Shown: positions 14,060 through 25,615 of the stretch, one piece after another
Numbering within the stretch: the stretch's first letter is position 1
Layout: every line of letters starts with the position of its first letter
Source: Pristiophorus japonicus
Lineage: Eukaryota
Assembly (NCBI RefSeq): GCF_044704955.1
Contig: NC_091999.1
Location: 63,612,001-63,676,000, forward strand
Length of the DNA stretch: 64,000 nt
Reading direction: 5' to 3'
Translations under genes and position numbers: made by a program
The notes under the pieces: generated by a model
Seen by the model: only the letters and a program-made list of their open reading frames with translations
What the model was told of the DNA's origin: nothing
Database searches by the model: none

Positions 14060-15853
14060 AAAAGAGTGGCTCAAGTAAATGTTGGTCCCCTGGAGGATGA
14101 GACTGGGGAATTAATAATGGAGAACAGGGAAATGGCAGAGACGTTGAACAAATATTTTGTATCGGTCTTCACGGTAGAAGACACTAAAAACATCCCAATA
14201 GTGGATAATCAAGGGGCGATAGGTAGGGAGGAACTTAATACAACCACTATCAGTAATGAAGTGGTACTAGGTAAAGTCATGGGACTAAAGGTGGACAAGT
14301 CACCTGGACCTGATGCCTTACATCCAAGGGTCTTAAGAGAAATGGCTGCAGAGTGGATGCATTGGTTTTAATCTAGCAAAATTCCCTGGATTCTGGGGCA
14401 GTCCCAGCAGATTGGAAAACCACAAATGTAACGCCCCTATTTAAAAATGAGGCAGACAAAAAGCAGGAAACTATAGACCAGTTAGCCGAACATCTGTCGT
14501 TGGGAAAATGTTGGAGTCCATTATGAAGGAAGCAGTAATGGGACATTTGGAAAAACATGATTCAATCATGCAGAGTCAGCACGGTTTTATTAAAGGGAAA
14601 TCATGTTTGACAAATTTGATGGAGTTCTTTGAGGATGTAACGAGCAGGATGGATGAGGGGGAACCAGTGGATGTGGTGTATTTGGATTTCCAGAAGGCAT
14701 TCGATAAGGTGCCACATCAGAGGTTACTGCACAAGATAAAAGCTCACTGGGTTGGGGGTAATATATTAGCATGGATCGAGGATTGGTTAACTAACAGAAA
14801 TCACAGAGTCGGGATAAATGGGTCTTTTTCCAGTTGACAGTGGCTAGTGGGGTACAGCAGGGATCGGTGCTGGGTCCTCAACTATTTACAATCCATATTA
14901 ATGACTTGGATGAAGGGACAGAGTGTAATGTAGCCAAGTTTGCTGAGGATACAAAGATGGGTGGGAAAGCAAATTGTGAGGAGGACACAAAAAATCTGCA
15001 AAGACTCAGTGAGTGGGCAAAAATTTGGCAGATGGTGTATAATGTGAGAAAGTGTGAGATTATCCAGAAATAATAGAAAGCAAATTATAATTTAAATGGA
15101 GAAAAATTGCAAAGTGCTGCAGTACAGAGAGAACTGGGGGTCCTTGTGCATGGAACACAAAAAGTTAGTGTGTAGGTTCAGCAAGTAATCAGGAAGGCAA
15201 ATGGAATGTTGGCCTTTATTGCAAGGGGGATAGAGTATAAAAGCAGAGAAGTCCTGCTACAACTGTACAGGTTATTGGTGAGGCCACACCTGGAGTACTG
15301 CGTACCGTTTTAGTCTCATTATTTAAGGAGGGATATACTTGCATTGGAGGCTGTCAGAGAATGTTCACTAGGTTGATTCCGGATATGAGGGGGTTGTCTT
15401 ATTAAAATAGTTTGAATAGGTTGGGCCTATACTCATTGGAGTTCAGAAGAATGAGAGGTGATTTTATTGAAACATATAAGATAATGAGGGGGTTCGATAA
15501 GGTGGATGCAGAGAGGATATTTGCATCCACTCATAGGGGAATCTAAAACTAGAGGACATAGTCTTAGAATAAGGGGCCGCCCATTTAGCACTGAGATGGG
15601 GAGAAATTTCTTCTCTGAGGGTTGTAATTCTGTGGAATTCTCTGCCCCAGAGAGCTGCAGAGGCTGGGGCATTGAATATATATAAGGTGGAGATAGACAG
15701 ATTTTTGAACAATAAGGCAGTAAAGGGTTACAGGGAGCGGGCAGGCAAGTGGAGCTGAGTCCATGATTAGATGAGCCATGATCTTCTTGAATGGCGGAGC
15801 AGGCTCGAGGGGCCAAATGGCCTACTCCTGCTCCTATTTCCAATGTTCTTAGG
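14060..15853 (+). mobile_element. 5'-truncated, decayed CR1-like LINE (RT to 3' UTR)
   Basis: KSPGPD, QHGFIKGKSCLTNL, YLDFQKAFDKVPH, FAEDTK and the 3' UTR ggcctactcctgctcct. Confidence 0.9.
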
Positions 15854-15854
15854 G

Positions 15855-16068
15855 TCTTAAAGGAAATTGGAGAGGTTTAGGGAGGGAATTCTGGAGCTTA
15901 GCGCCTAGGCAGCTGAAGGCATGGCCAGCAATGATGGTGTGATTAAAACCAGGAATGTGCAGGACGCCAGAGATCCTGGAGGGTTGTAGGGCTGGAGGAG
16001 GTTACAGAGGTAGGGAGGGGCGAGGGCACGGAGGGATGTGAATACAAGGATGAAAATTTTAAAATTGA
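15855..16068 (-). mobile_element. L2-clade LINE 3' fragment
   Basis: Reverse complement encodes FKIFILVFTSLRALAPPYLCNLLQP, homologous to 30826-31044. Confidence 0.7.
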
Positions 16069-16087
16069 ACTTCGTGCCCATGCGTCA

Positions 16088-16605
16088 TTTCTCCTTACTT
16101 TACAGATGCTCCCTACCCACTCTCCATTTCTCCTTCCTTTACAGACGCTCCCTGACCACTCTCCATTTATCCTTCCGTTACTGTCGCTCCCTGACCACTC
16201 TCCATTTCTCCTTCCTTTTCAGATGCTCCCTGACCACTCTCCCTTTCTCCTTCCTTTACAGACGACCACTGACCACTCTCCATTTCTCCTTCCTTTACAG
16301 ACGCTCCCTGACCACTCTCCCTTTCTCCTTCCTTTACAGAAGCTCCCTGACCACTCTCCATTTCTGCTTCCTTTACAGACGCTCCCTGACCACTCTCCAT
16401 TTCTCCTTCCTTTACAGGCGCTCCCTGACCACTCTCCATTTCTCCTTCCTTTACAGACGCTCCCTGACCACTCTCCATTTCTCCTTCCTTTACAGACGCT
16501 CCCTGACCACTCACCATTTCTCCTTCCTTTACAGATGCTCCCTGACCACTCCCCATTTCTCCTTCATTTACAGACGCTCCCTGGCCACTCTCCATTTCTG
16601 CTACA
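16088..16605 (+). repeat. 39-bp minisatellite, ~13 units; three further degenerate units at ~17297-17392
   Basis: Unit ctccctgaccactctccatttctccttcctttacagacg. Confidence 0.95.
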
Positions 16606-16614
16606 TTTTTTGAA

Positions 16615-17290
16615 ATATTTCAAGTGTTTAATAAATCTTTGAAGGTCACAGGACAGGTTAACAAAGCTGTTCATAAAACGTAAAGGATCCTGGGCTTTAT
16701 AAATTGAGGCACAGAGTACTAAAGCCGGGAAGTTATGCTAAAGCTGTATAAAACACTAGCTCGACCCCAGCTGGTGGGTTCGGCCCAATTCTGGGCACAC
16801 TTCAGGAAGGACACAAAGGCTTTGGAGAGGGGACAGAAGAGATTTACTTGAATGATGCCAGGGATGAAGAACTTCATTAATGTAGAGACTGGAGAAGCTG
16901 GGATTGTTCTCCTTCTGAGCAGAGAAGGCTAAGACGAAATTTGATAGAGGTGTCAAAAATCATGAAGATGAGATAGAATAAATAGGGAAACTGTTTGTAA
17001 CACTGATAACCAGATTTGAGGCGATTGGCAAAAACAGAGGTCACATGAGGAAAACCATTTTCCCACAAGGAGTGGTTAGGGTTTGGAATGCACTGCCTGA
17101 CGGAGCGGTGGAGATAGAGTCAATAGTGGCCTTCAAAAGTGAATTGGACAAAGACTTGAAGCAGAATGATATTGCAGGGATTTGGGGAAAGAGCGGGGGA
17201 AGCGGGATAACCGGATTGCTCCCCGAAAGTATCGGCGCAGACTCGATGGGCCGAATGGCCCCCTTCTGTGCTGAAATATTCTGTGATTCT
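16615..17290 (+). mobile_element. Old CR1-like LINE 3' fragment splitting the 39-bp array
   Basis: MRKTIFPQGVVRVWNALP and a 3' UTR gggccgaatggcc. Confidence 0.75.
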
Positions 17291-17465
17291 AGAATATTTT
17301 ACAGACACTCCCTGCTCAGTCACCATCGCTCCTTCATTTACAGACGCTCCCTGGTCCATTACTATTTCTCGTTGATTTACAGACGCTCCCTTAGAGTTTG
17401 AGGCAGACACAGCGCATGCACTGACCGCTCCTTCGGGCTGGAGCGGACCCAGGACCCGGCAGGCA

Positions 17466-18373
17466 GGGGGAGAATGTTCCCCGGTTTATATCCCCCCTGA
17501 CCCGGTGTGGGGAGAATGTTCCCTGGTTTATATCCCCCCTCACCCCGGTGTGGGGAGAATGTTCCGCAGTTTATATTCCCCCCCCACCCAGTGTGGGGAG
17601 AATGTTCCCTGATTTATATCCCCCCTCACCCCCAGTGTGGGGAGAATGTTCCCCGGTTTATATCCCCCCGCCCCGGTGTGTGGAGAATATTCCCCGGTTT
17701 ATATCACCCCCCTTCCCCCGGTGTGGGTAGAATTTTCCCCGGTTCATAAACACCACCCGGTGTGGGGTGAATTTTGCCCAGTTTATATCACCCCACCCCC
17801 CGGTGTGGGGAGAAAGTTCCCCGGTTTAATTCTCCCCCCCCAGTGTGGGGAGAATTTTCCCGGTTTATATCCCTCCCCCGGTGTGGGGAGAATGTTCCCC
17901 GGTTTATATCCCCCCGGTGTGGGGAGAATTTTCCCGGTTTATATCCCTCCCCCGGTGTGGGGAGAATGTTCCCCGGTTTATATCCCCCCGGTGTGGGGAG
18001 AATGTTCCCCGGTTTATATCCAACCCCCCCCCCCCGGTGTTGGGAGAATGTTCCCCGATTTATATCCCCCCCGGTGTGGGGAGAATATTCCCCGGTTTAT
18101 ATTCCCCCCCCCCAGTGTGGGGAGAATGTTCCCCGGTTTATATCCCCCCCGGTGTGGGGAGAATGTTCCCCGGTTTATATCCCCCCCCCCCGGTGTGGGG
18201 AGAATGTTCCCCGGTTTATATCCCCTCCCGGTGTGGGGAGAATGTAACCCGGTTTATATCCCCTGGTGTGGGGAGAATGTTCCCCGGTTTATATCCCCCC
18301 CCGGTGTGGGGAGAATGTTCCCCGGTTTATACCCCCCCCCCGGTGTGGGGAGAATGTTCCCCGGTTTATATCC
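17466..18373. repeat. GC-rich ~35-45 bp minisatellite, ~23 units
   Basis: Unit ccggtgtggggagaatgttccccggtttatat(c)n with a variable poly-C tract. Confidence 0.95.
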
Positions 18374-18615
18374 GGGCCCGCGGCTGCACTCGGTGTTGCT
18401 GCCCCCAGCGTTGCCCTGGAGCTCTCTCACCTCTGCGTCAGCGTCCGCCACCGCCGGCTGCACATGCTCAGCTCACACTGCCCGGGTGATTGATGGCAGC
18501 TCCCCACCAATAGGAAGAGCGGGGCGGGGCTAGAGGACCGAATGGACAGTTGGTCCTCCAACCAATTGGAGTGTGTGAGGGGCGGGGCTTCCGGCAGGCG
18601 GTAAGTCGTGGGGTG
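18374..18615 (-). promoter_or_regulatory. CpG-island promoter and putative non-coding first exon facing ZNF copy 1
   Basis: CpG-rich; two CCAAT boxes, GGGGCGGGG GC boxes, CTTCCGG ETS motif, NRF1-like gcacatgctc; minus-strand donor agag|gtgaga at 18430. Confidence 0.6.
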
Positions 18616-18619
18616 CAGC

Positions 18620-20950
18620 AAGGATCAGTGCTGGGGCCTCAGCTATTTACAATCTATATTAATGACCAAGATAAAGGGACCCAGTGTAATATTTGCTGAC
18701 GATACAAAGCTCGGTGAGACAGTAAGCTGTGAGCAGAACACAAGAGTGCAAAGATAGATAGATAGACGATGTGAATGGGCAGTAAGGTGGCAGATTGAGT
18801 ATAATGTCGGGAAATGTGAGGTTATTCACTTTGGTCGGAAGAATAGAAAAACAGAATATCTTTTAAATGGTGAGAAACTTTAAATGTTGGTGTTGAGAGA
18901 GATTTGGGTGCCCTTGTGCAAGAAACACAGAAAGCGAGCATGCAGGTACAGATAGCAGTAAGGGGGTGGAGTATAAGAGTAAGGATCTGTTGCTACAATT
19001 GTACAGGGCCTTGGTGAGATCACACCTGGAGTACTTGTCAGTTTGGGTCTCCTTATCAAAGGAAAGATATACTTGCTTTGGAGATTGTGCAATAGGGGTT
19101 CACAAGATTGATTCCTGCAATGAGAGAGCTGTCTTACGATGAGGGATTGTGTAGAATGGACCTATACTCTCTGGAGTTTAGAAGAATGAGAGGGGATCTC
19201 ATTGAAACATATAAGATTCTGAAGGGTATTGACAGGGTAGATGCTGAGAGCTCGATTCCCCCGGGCTGGAGTGACTAGAACTCGGGGGCTCAAGATAAGG
19301 GGCAGGCCATTTAAGACAGAGATGAGAAATTTCTTCACTCAGAGGGTTAGAAACATAGAAACATAGAAAATAGGTGCAGGAGTAGGCCATTCAGCCCTTC
19401 TAGCCTGCACCGCCATTCAATGAGTTCATGGCTGAACATGAAACTTCAGTACCCCCTTCCTGCTTTCTCGCCATAACCCTTGATCCCCCGAGTAGTAAGG
19501 ACTTCATCTAACTCCCTTTTGAATATATTTAGTGAATTGGCCTCAACTACTTCCTGTGGTAGAGAATTCCACAGGTTCACCACTCTCTGGGTGAAGAAGT
19601 TTCTCCTCATCTCGGTCCTAAATGGCTTACCCCTTATCCTCAGACTGTGACCCCTGGTTCTGGACTTCCCCAACATTGGGAACATTCTTTCTGCATCTAA
19701 CCTGTCTAAACCCGTCAGAATTTTAAACGTTTCTATGAGATCCCCTCTCATTCTTCTGAACTCCAGTGAATACAAGCCCAGTTGATCCAATCTTTCTTGA
19801 TAGGTCAGTCCCGCCATCCCGGGAATCAGTCTGGTGAACCTTCGCTGCACTCCCTCAATAGCAAGAATGTCCTTCCTCAAGTTAGGAGACCAAAACTGTA
19901 CACAATACTCCAGGTGTGGCCTCACCAAGGCCCTGTACAACTGTAGCAACACCTCCCTGCCCCTGTATTCAAATCCACTCGCTATGAAGGCCAACATGCC
20001 ATTTGCTTTCTTAACCGCCTGCTGTACCTGCATGCCAACCTTCAATGACTGATGTACCATGACACCCAGGTCTCGTTGCACCTTCCCTTTTCCTAATCTG
20101 TCACCATTCAGATAATAGTCTGTCTCTCTGTTTTTACCACCAAAGTGGATAACCTCACATTTATCCACATTATACTTCATCTGCCATGCATTTGCCCACT
20201 CACCTAACCTATCCAAGTCACTCTGCAGCCTAATAGCATCCTCCTCGCAGCTCACACTGCCACCCAACTTAGTATCATCTGCAAATTTGGAGATACTGCA
20301 TTTCATCCCTTCGTCTAAATCATTAATGTACAATGTAAACAGCTGGGGCCCCAGCACAGAACCTTGCGGCACTCCACTAGTCACTGCCTGCCATTCTGAA
20401 AAGTACCCGTTTACTCCTACTCTTTGCTTCCTGTCTGACAACCAGTTCTCAATCCACATCAGCACACTACCCCCAATCCCATGTGCTTTAACTTTGCACA
20501 TCAATCTCTTGTGTGGGACCTTGTCGAAAGCCTTCTGAAAGTCCAAATATACCACATCAACTGGTTCTCCTTTGTCCACTTTACTGGAAACATCCTCAAA
20601 AAATTCCAGAAGATTTGTCAAGCATGATTTCCCTTTCACAAATCCATGCTGACTTGGACCTATCATGTCATCATTTTCCAGATGCACTGCTATGACATCC
20701 TTAATATCCTTAATAATTGATTCCTGCAATGAGAGAGCTGTCTTACGATGTGAATCTTTGGAATTCTCTGCCCCAGAGGGCTGTGGATGTTCAATCTATT
20801 CAACGCTGAGATGGATAGATTTTTGGACTCTCGGGGAATCAAGGGATATGGAGATCAGGTGGGAAAGTGGAGTTGAGGGCGATGATCTTATTGAATGGCG
20901 GAGCAGGCTCGAGGGGGCTATGACCTACTCCTGCTCCTATCTCTGATATT
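18620..20950 (+). mobile_element. Old CR1-like LINE (18620-19348 and 20751-20950) split by a younger antisense LINE
   Basis: ttcactcagagggtt at 19348 resumes as tgaatctttggaattctctgcccc at 20751. Confidence 0.85.
19349..20724 (-). mobile_element. Young 5'-truncated CR1/HER1-like LINE with an uninterrupted RT reading frame
   Basis: 427-aa ORF 19446-20729 with DFQKAFD, GVPQGSVLGP and FADD; (tttctatg)n tail at 19349-19368. Confidence 0.95.
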
Positions 20951-20989
20951 CTAATATTGACATCTAAGGGGCTCTAGATTTATTAGTCC

Positions 20990-21820
20990 CACCCTTTATC
21001 TTAAGGGAACATAGTTGCTCTGAACCCTCGCTATCTCCTCCTTGAATGCCTCCCACTGCTCTGACACTAATTTACCTTCAAGTAGCTGTTTCCAGTCCAC
21101 TTTGGTTAAATCACATCTCTGCTTAGTAACATTAGCTTTACCCCAAATGAGAACTTTTATTCCTGGTCCATCTTTGTCCTTTTCCATCACTACCCTAAAT
21201 CTAACTGAATTATGATCACCAGCATAAAAATATTCTCCACTGATACCCCTTCCACCTGCCCAAGCTTCATTTATTAAACCTAAGTCCAGAACCACCCCCT
21301 CTCTTGTTGGGCTTGCTGCGTAATGGCTAAAAACGTTCTCCTGAATGCATTTTAAGAATTCTGCTCCTTCTATATCTTTCACACTAATTCTATCCCAGAT
21401 AATATTTGGGTAGTTGAAATCCCCGACTATTACTGCCCTGTTATTTTTGCACGTATCAGAAATGTGCCGACATATTTGCTCTTCTGTCTCCCTCTGAATG
21501 TTTGGGGGTCTATAGTACATCCCCAGCAGTGTAATCGCCCCTTTTGTGTTCTTCACTTCTCCCATGTGGCCTCATTTGATGATCCTTCGAACATATCATC
21601 CCTCCCCACAGCTGGAATTGTTTCTTTAATCAACACTGTGACACGCCCGCCTTTTTTTATCCCCGTCTCTATCTCGTCTTAAAACGCTGTAACCAGGAAT
21701 GTTGAGCTGCCATTCCTGCAGTTCTTTTAGCCGTGTTTCACTAATAGTTACAATATCATACCCCCACATGTCTGTCTGTGCCCTCAGCTTATCTGCCTCA
21801 ATCCCCAGACTCCTTGCATT
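20990..21820 (-). mobile_element. CR1 LINE ORF2 AP-endonuclease fragment
   Basis: GMYYRPPN, VIVGDFNYP, VLDL and DHN motifs. Confidence 0.9.
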
Positions 21821-22037
21821 GGCATTGAAGTATTTCTAGATTGATTCCTGTGATGAGAGGACTGTCTTATGATGAGAGTTTGTGTAGAATGGGCCGATAC
21901 TCTCTGGAGTTTAGAAAAATGAGAGTGATCTCATTGAAACACACCGGCACTGGCATTTAGCGCTGCCAAACTCCCTTATTGTCTATTTTCTAGCCTTTGT
22001 TTCCTCTGCCTTCCAAACACTAGCCACACTGTCCACT

Positions 22038-23343
22038 CGATCGATACAATCCCCTCTCTCGATCAATACAGTACCCTCTCTCGATTCATACAGTCCCCTC
22101 TCTCGATCCATACAGTCCCCTCTCTCGATCCATACAGTCCCCTCTCTCGATCCATACAGTCCCCTCTCTCTATCCATACTGTCCCCTCTCTCTATCCATT
22201 CTGGCCCCTCTCTCTATCCATACTGTCCCCTCTCTCTATCCATACTGTCCCCTCTCTCTATCCATACTGTCCCCTCTCTCTATCCATACTGTCCCCTCTC
22301 TCTATCCATACTGTCCCCTCTCTCTATCCATACTGTCCCCTCTCTCTATCCATACTGTCCCCTCTCTCTATCCATACTGTCCCTTCTCTCGATCCATACT
22401 GTCCCCTCTCTCGATCCATACTGTCCCCTCTCTCGATCCATACTGTCCCCTCTCTCGATCCATAAGTCCCGTCTCTCGATCCATACAGTCCCCTCTCTCG
22501 ATCCATACAGTACCCTCTCTCTATCCATACAGTCCCCTCTCTCTATCCATACTGTCCCCTCTCTCTATCCATACTGTCCCCTCTCTCTATCCATACTATC
22601 CCCTCTCTCTATCCATACTGTCCCCTCTCTCTATCCATACTGTCCCCTCTCTCTATCCATACTATCCCCTCTCTCTATCCATACTGTCCCCTCTCTCTAT
22701 CCATACTGTCCCCTCTCTCTATCCATACTGTCCCCTCTCTCTATCCATACAGTCCCCTCTCTCTATCCATACTGTCCCCTCTCTCTATCCACACTGTCCC
22801 CTCTCTCTATCCACACTGTCCCCTCTCTCTATCCACACTGTCCCCTCTCTCTGTCCATACTGTCCCCTCTCTCTATCCATACTGTCCCCTCTCTCTATCC
22901 ATACTGTCCCCTCTCTCTATCCATACTGTCCCCTTTCTCTAACCATACTGCCCCCTCTCTCTATCCATACTGTCCCCTCTCACTATCCATACTGTCCCCT
23001 CTCTCTATCCATACTGTCCCCTCTCTCTATCCATACTGTCCCTTCTCTCTATCCACACTGTCCCCTCTCTCAATCCACACTGTCCCCTCTCTCTATCCAC
23101 ATTGACCCTCTCTCTATCCACACTGTCCCCTCTCTCTATCCACACTGTCCCCTCTCTCTATCCACACTGTCCCCTCTCTCTATCCACACTGTCCCCTCTC
23201 TCTATCCACACTGTCCCCTCTCTCCATCCACACTGTCCCCTCTCTCTATCCACACTGTCCCCTCTCTCTATCGACACTGTCCCCTCTCTCTATTCACACT
23301 GTCCCCTCTCTCTATCCATACAGTTCCCTCTCTCGATCCACAC
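22038..23343. repeat. 22-bp pyrimidine-rich minisatellite, ~59 units, resuming at 28247-28302
   Basis: Unit atccatactgtcccctctctct. Confidence 0.95.
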
Positions 23344-23703
23344 TGATAGAGTATTTAAACAGGCTCATTTAGACAGGCTTTGAAAATTAACAGACCCCCA
23401 AGTCAAAGCTACTACGTGCTGCTCAGCATGTTGCATTAACTCATCAATCAACTTGACATTTTCAGACCTTGGGTAGCGAGCCAATAAAACGTTAAAATAT
23501 TTTCAATTGAGCCAATAAGGTCAAAGAAGGCGAGTTCTTTTCTGTAAATTGAACCAGGTATAAAGTACAGCCATTTGTGACCATGTGTCTCAGTAAGACA
23601 AAGAAACTGGCAATCAGCCAGCAGTTTGCTGCTCTCTGCCGAGATTAAAAAGTTAAAACTACCATCGTAGTTCGTATTTCATTGGAAACTAAGAGATCTA
23701 ACA
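23344..23703 (+). repeat. ERV-B 5' LTR (360 bp)
   Basis: TGATAGA...CTAACA; two CCAAT boxes, TATAAA at 23559, ATTAAA at 23644; matches 27886-28244 with about 20 differences by eye. Confidence 0.95.
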
Positions 23704-23707
23704 ATTT

Positions 23708-23725
23708 TGGCACTGCGATCAGGGT
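23708..23725 (+). promoter_or_regulatory. Primer binding site, tRNA-Ser(TGA)-like
   Basis: TGGCACTGCGATCAGGGT matches 15/18 to TGGCGCAGCGAGCAGGGT, the complement of the vertebrate tRNA-Ser(UGA) 3' end as I recall it. A splice donor gag|gtgagg follows at 23771. Confidence 0.7.
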
Positions 23726-23985
23726 CGCTGAGGAAAGAAACTGAATTTTGGACATCGGACCTACATTGAGGTGAGGACTCCACTTTAAAAAAAAAAAAGT
23801 CCTCGGTCAAAAGTCTAAATTCGCCTCGCCTTTTACGTGATTCCGAAAGCCTCCAGTTGCGAACCCTCCGGTTGGTAGTCGGCTCGAGGTCCCATAGACG
23901 TCTAAACTTCGGCAGTGTGTTTGTTAATTAATCACCGACCTATTGATCAGCTAGCAGGCCTACGACTCGAGATCCCAATAAAGAA

Positions 23986-25542
23986 ATGGCAGCAGGAGAA
24001 AAGGGCAAAGAATTTCCTACAACTGTTAAAGGTGGGCAGGCACCACCTCAAGTTTCGCTAGATCTAGAACAGTTGAAAGAATGCATAGAGCAACAATTCA
24101 ACTTATCTAAAACCTGTATCAAGATCGAATAAAAGTACTGAACCTCCAAAGGACAATGGTCCTTGGACGAGATTAAAAGGGTCTGGGGAAAAACGACCCG
24201 TATGAAAAATAAAGAGCGAACTAGATGGTCCCTCCCGGTTATGGGCCAGATTCGAAACCGGAATGAAATTATAATGCGTTCCCAACATGATCGAGAACTG
24301 ACCAGTACAAAGGATCAATTGCAAGCAGTTGGTGCACAGCTGCGACAGAAAAAGCTTGAACTTGAAAAGCTGGAATCAGAAGTTAAAGATCTTAAAGGCG
24401 AAATTAAAGAATGGAAAAATCATTCGGTCAAGAGACAGTAATAGGAAAAGGAAAATGTATTGATCAATTCCCAGGGTACTCATGTTTGGATAAATTAAAA
24501 GTGCAAACCCGAAGACACGACCGAGGAATAGATACGGTTTCTGAATCCTCTGACAATACAGTGTCGGAGGATGAAGAATTAGGGGTGCGCTTTGCCCCGT
24601 TTAAAAAAAGATGAGTTGTAGTCAAATCATAAGAGACTGCGGATGAGGGTGGAACCAAAAAAAACAAAGAGAAGGGTGTACGAAGAATACTTAGTTCATG
24701 ATGCGGCAGGCCCAGAGAAAATTGATAAATGGTCCAAGGAACTGCCCAATCCAAAGAAAGGGGGAGTAAAAACATGGGACCAAATGGACTGCTTAAGAAA
24801 TATATATCAACTTCATCCCTGGGACTGAGTGCAAATTTTGAACATAATGGTGCCAAAAACACAGGGAAGAAAATTGCACGACAAGGTAGATGAAGCTTTG
24901 GGGCAGAATGAGCAAGAATTCGACGCAGGATGGGAGGCGATTAAACACTGGCTTCAAGCCATCAGTCCAGCTCAGACAGACTGGGGAAAAATTGCAGCTT
25001 GCCAACAGAAAGGAACAGAGGAGGTCCTGGAGTATGATGAGCGGTTTAGATGCACGTGGCTGGAACATTCGGGTATGAATAATACGGATGAGGAAATGGA
25101 TGAACAAGCGTTTGGACCCCTGAAAGCAGCTTTCGTGGCAGGTCTAAAGCCAGAACTGTCCAAAATGTTTAAGGTAGTGTTACCGGACTGGGAAGGTAGA
25201 GGAACTACCTTTGCAACATTGGTGGATCGATGTAACCAATTATATCGGGATATGGGAGCTAAAGTCCGAGCTGTACAGGCTATGGGATGGAAATCCCAGG
25301 ATTCCGATAAACAGTCATTTGGAAAATTACACGGAAAATGTCGTTATTGTGGGAAAGAAGGTCACTGGGCCAAGATGTGCAGGGCAAAACAGAAAGGTCG
25401 TGGCTGGGGAAGAGGACGCAGCCAGGGATACAATTCAACCAACAAGCCAGGCTTGTCACAAGATAACGACCTCATAGAAGCATTTAAGCGACTGACAATA
25501 CAACAAAAGAAGGAGTTACTTGGGATAGCAAAAAACGATTAG
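23986..25542 (+). pseudogene. gag: ERV-B gag with several in-frame stops
   Basis: ATG at 23986 is in frame with ORF pieces at 24163, 24643 and 24829; MHR-like QQKGTEEVLEYDERF; CCHC knuckle CRYCGKEGHWAKMC. Confidence 0.85.
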
Positions 25543-25615
25543 AGCCCACCCTGGCCCCCCTCCTCGCACTAATACAACAGAGAGGAGATGGGCTATATAA
25601 AATGTGAGGGTGGGC
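25530..25615 (+). promoter_or_regulatory. Candidate -1 programmed ribosomal frameshift signal (gag/pro)
   Basis: In-frame A AAA AAC at 25530-25536, a 7-nt spacer, then gcccaccct (25544-25552) perfectly complementary to agggtgggc (25607-25615), with an inner ctcctc/gaggag stem. Confidence 0.75.

Noticed and set aside
16038-18533. Long repetitive ORFs and possible CRISPR-like arrays
   Set aside because: Units are head-to-tail with no unique spacers, in vertebrate DNA with no cas genes. The ORFs simply translate the minisatellites.
23873-23883. Second PBS matching the array's tRNA-Ser (tggtagtcggc)
   Set aside because: Short, gapped match 170 bp from the LTR, compatible with chance. The real PBS fits a different Ser isodecoder than those in the array.
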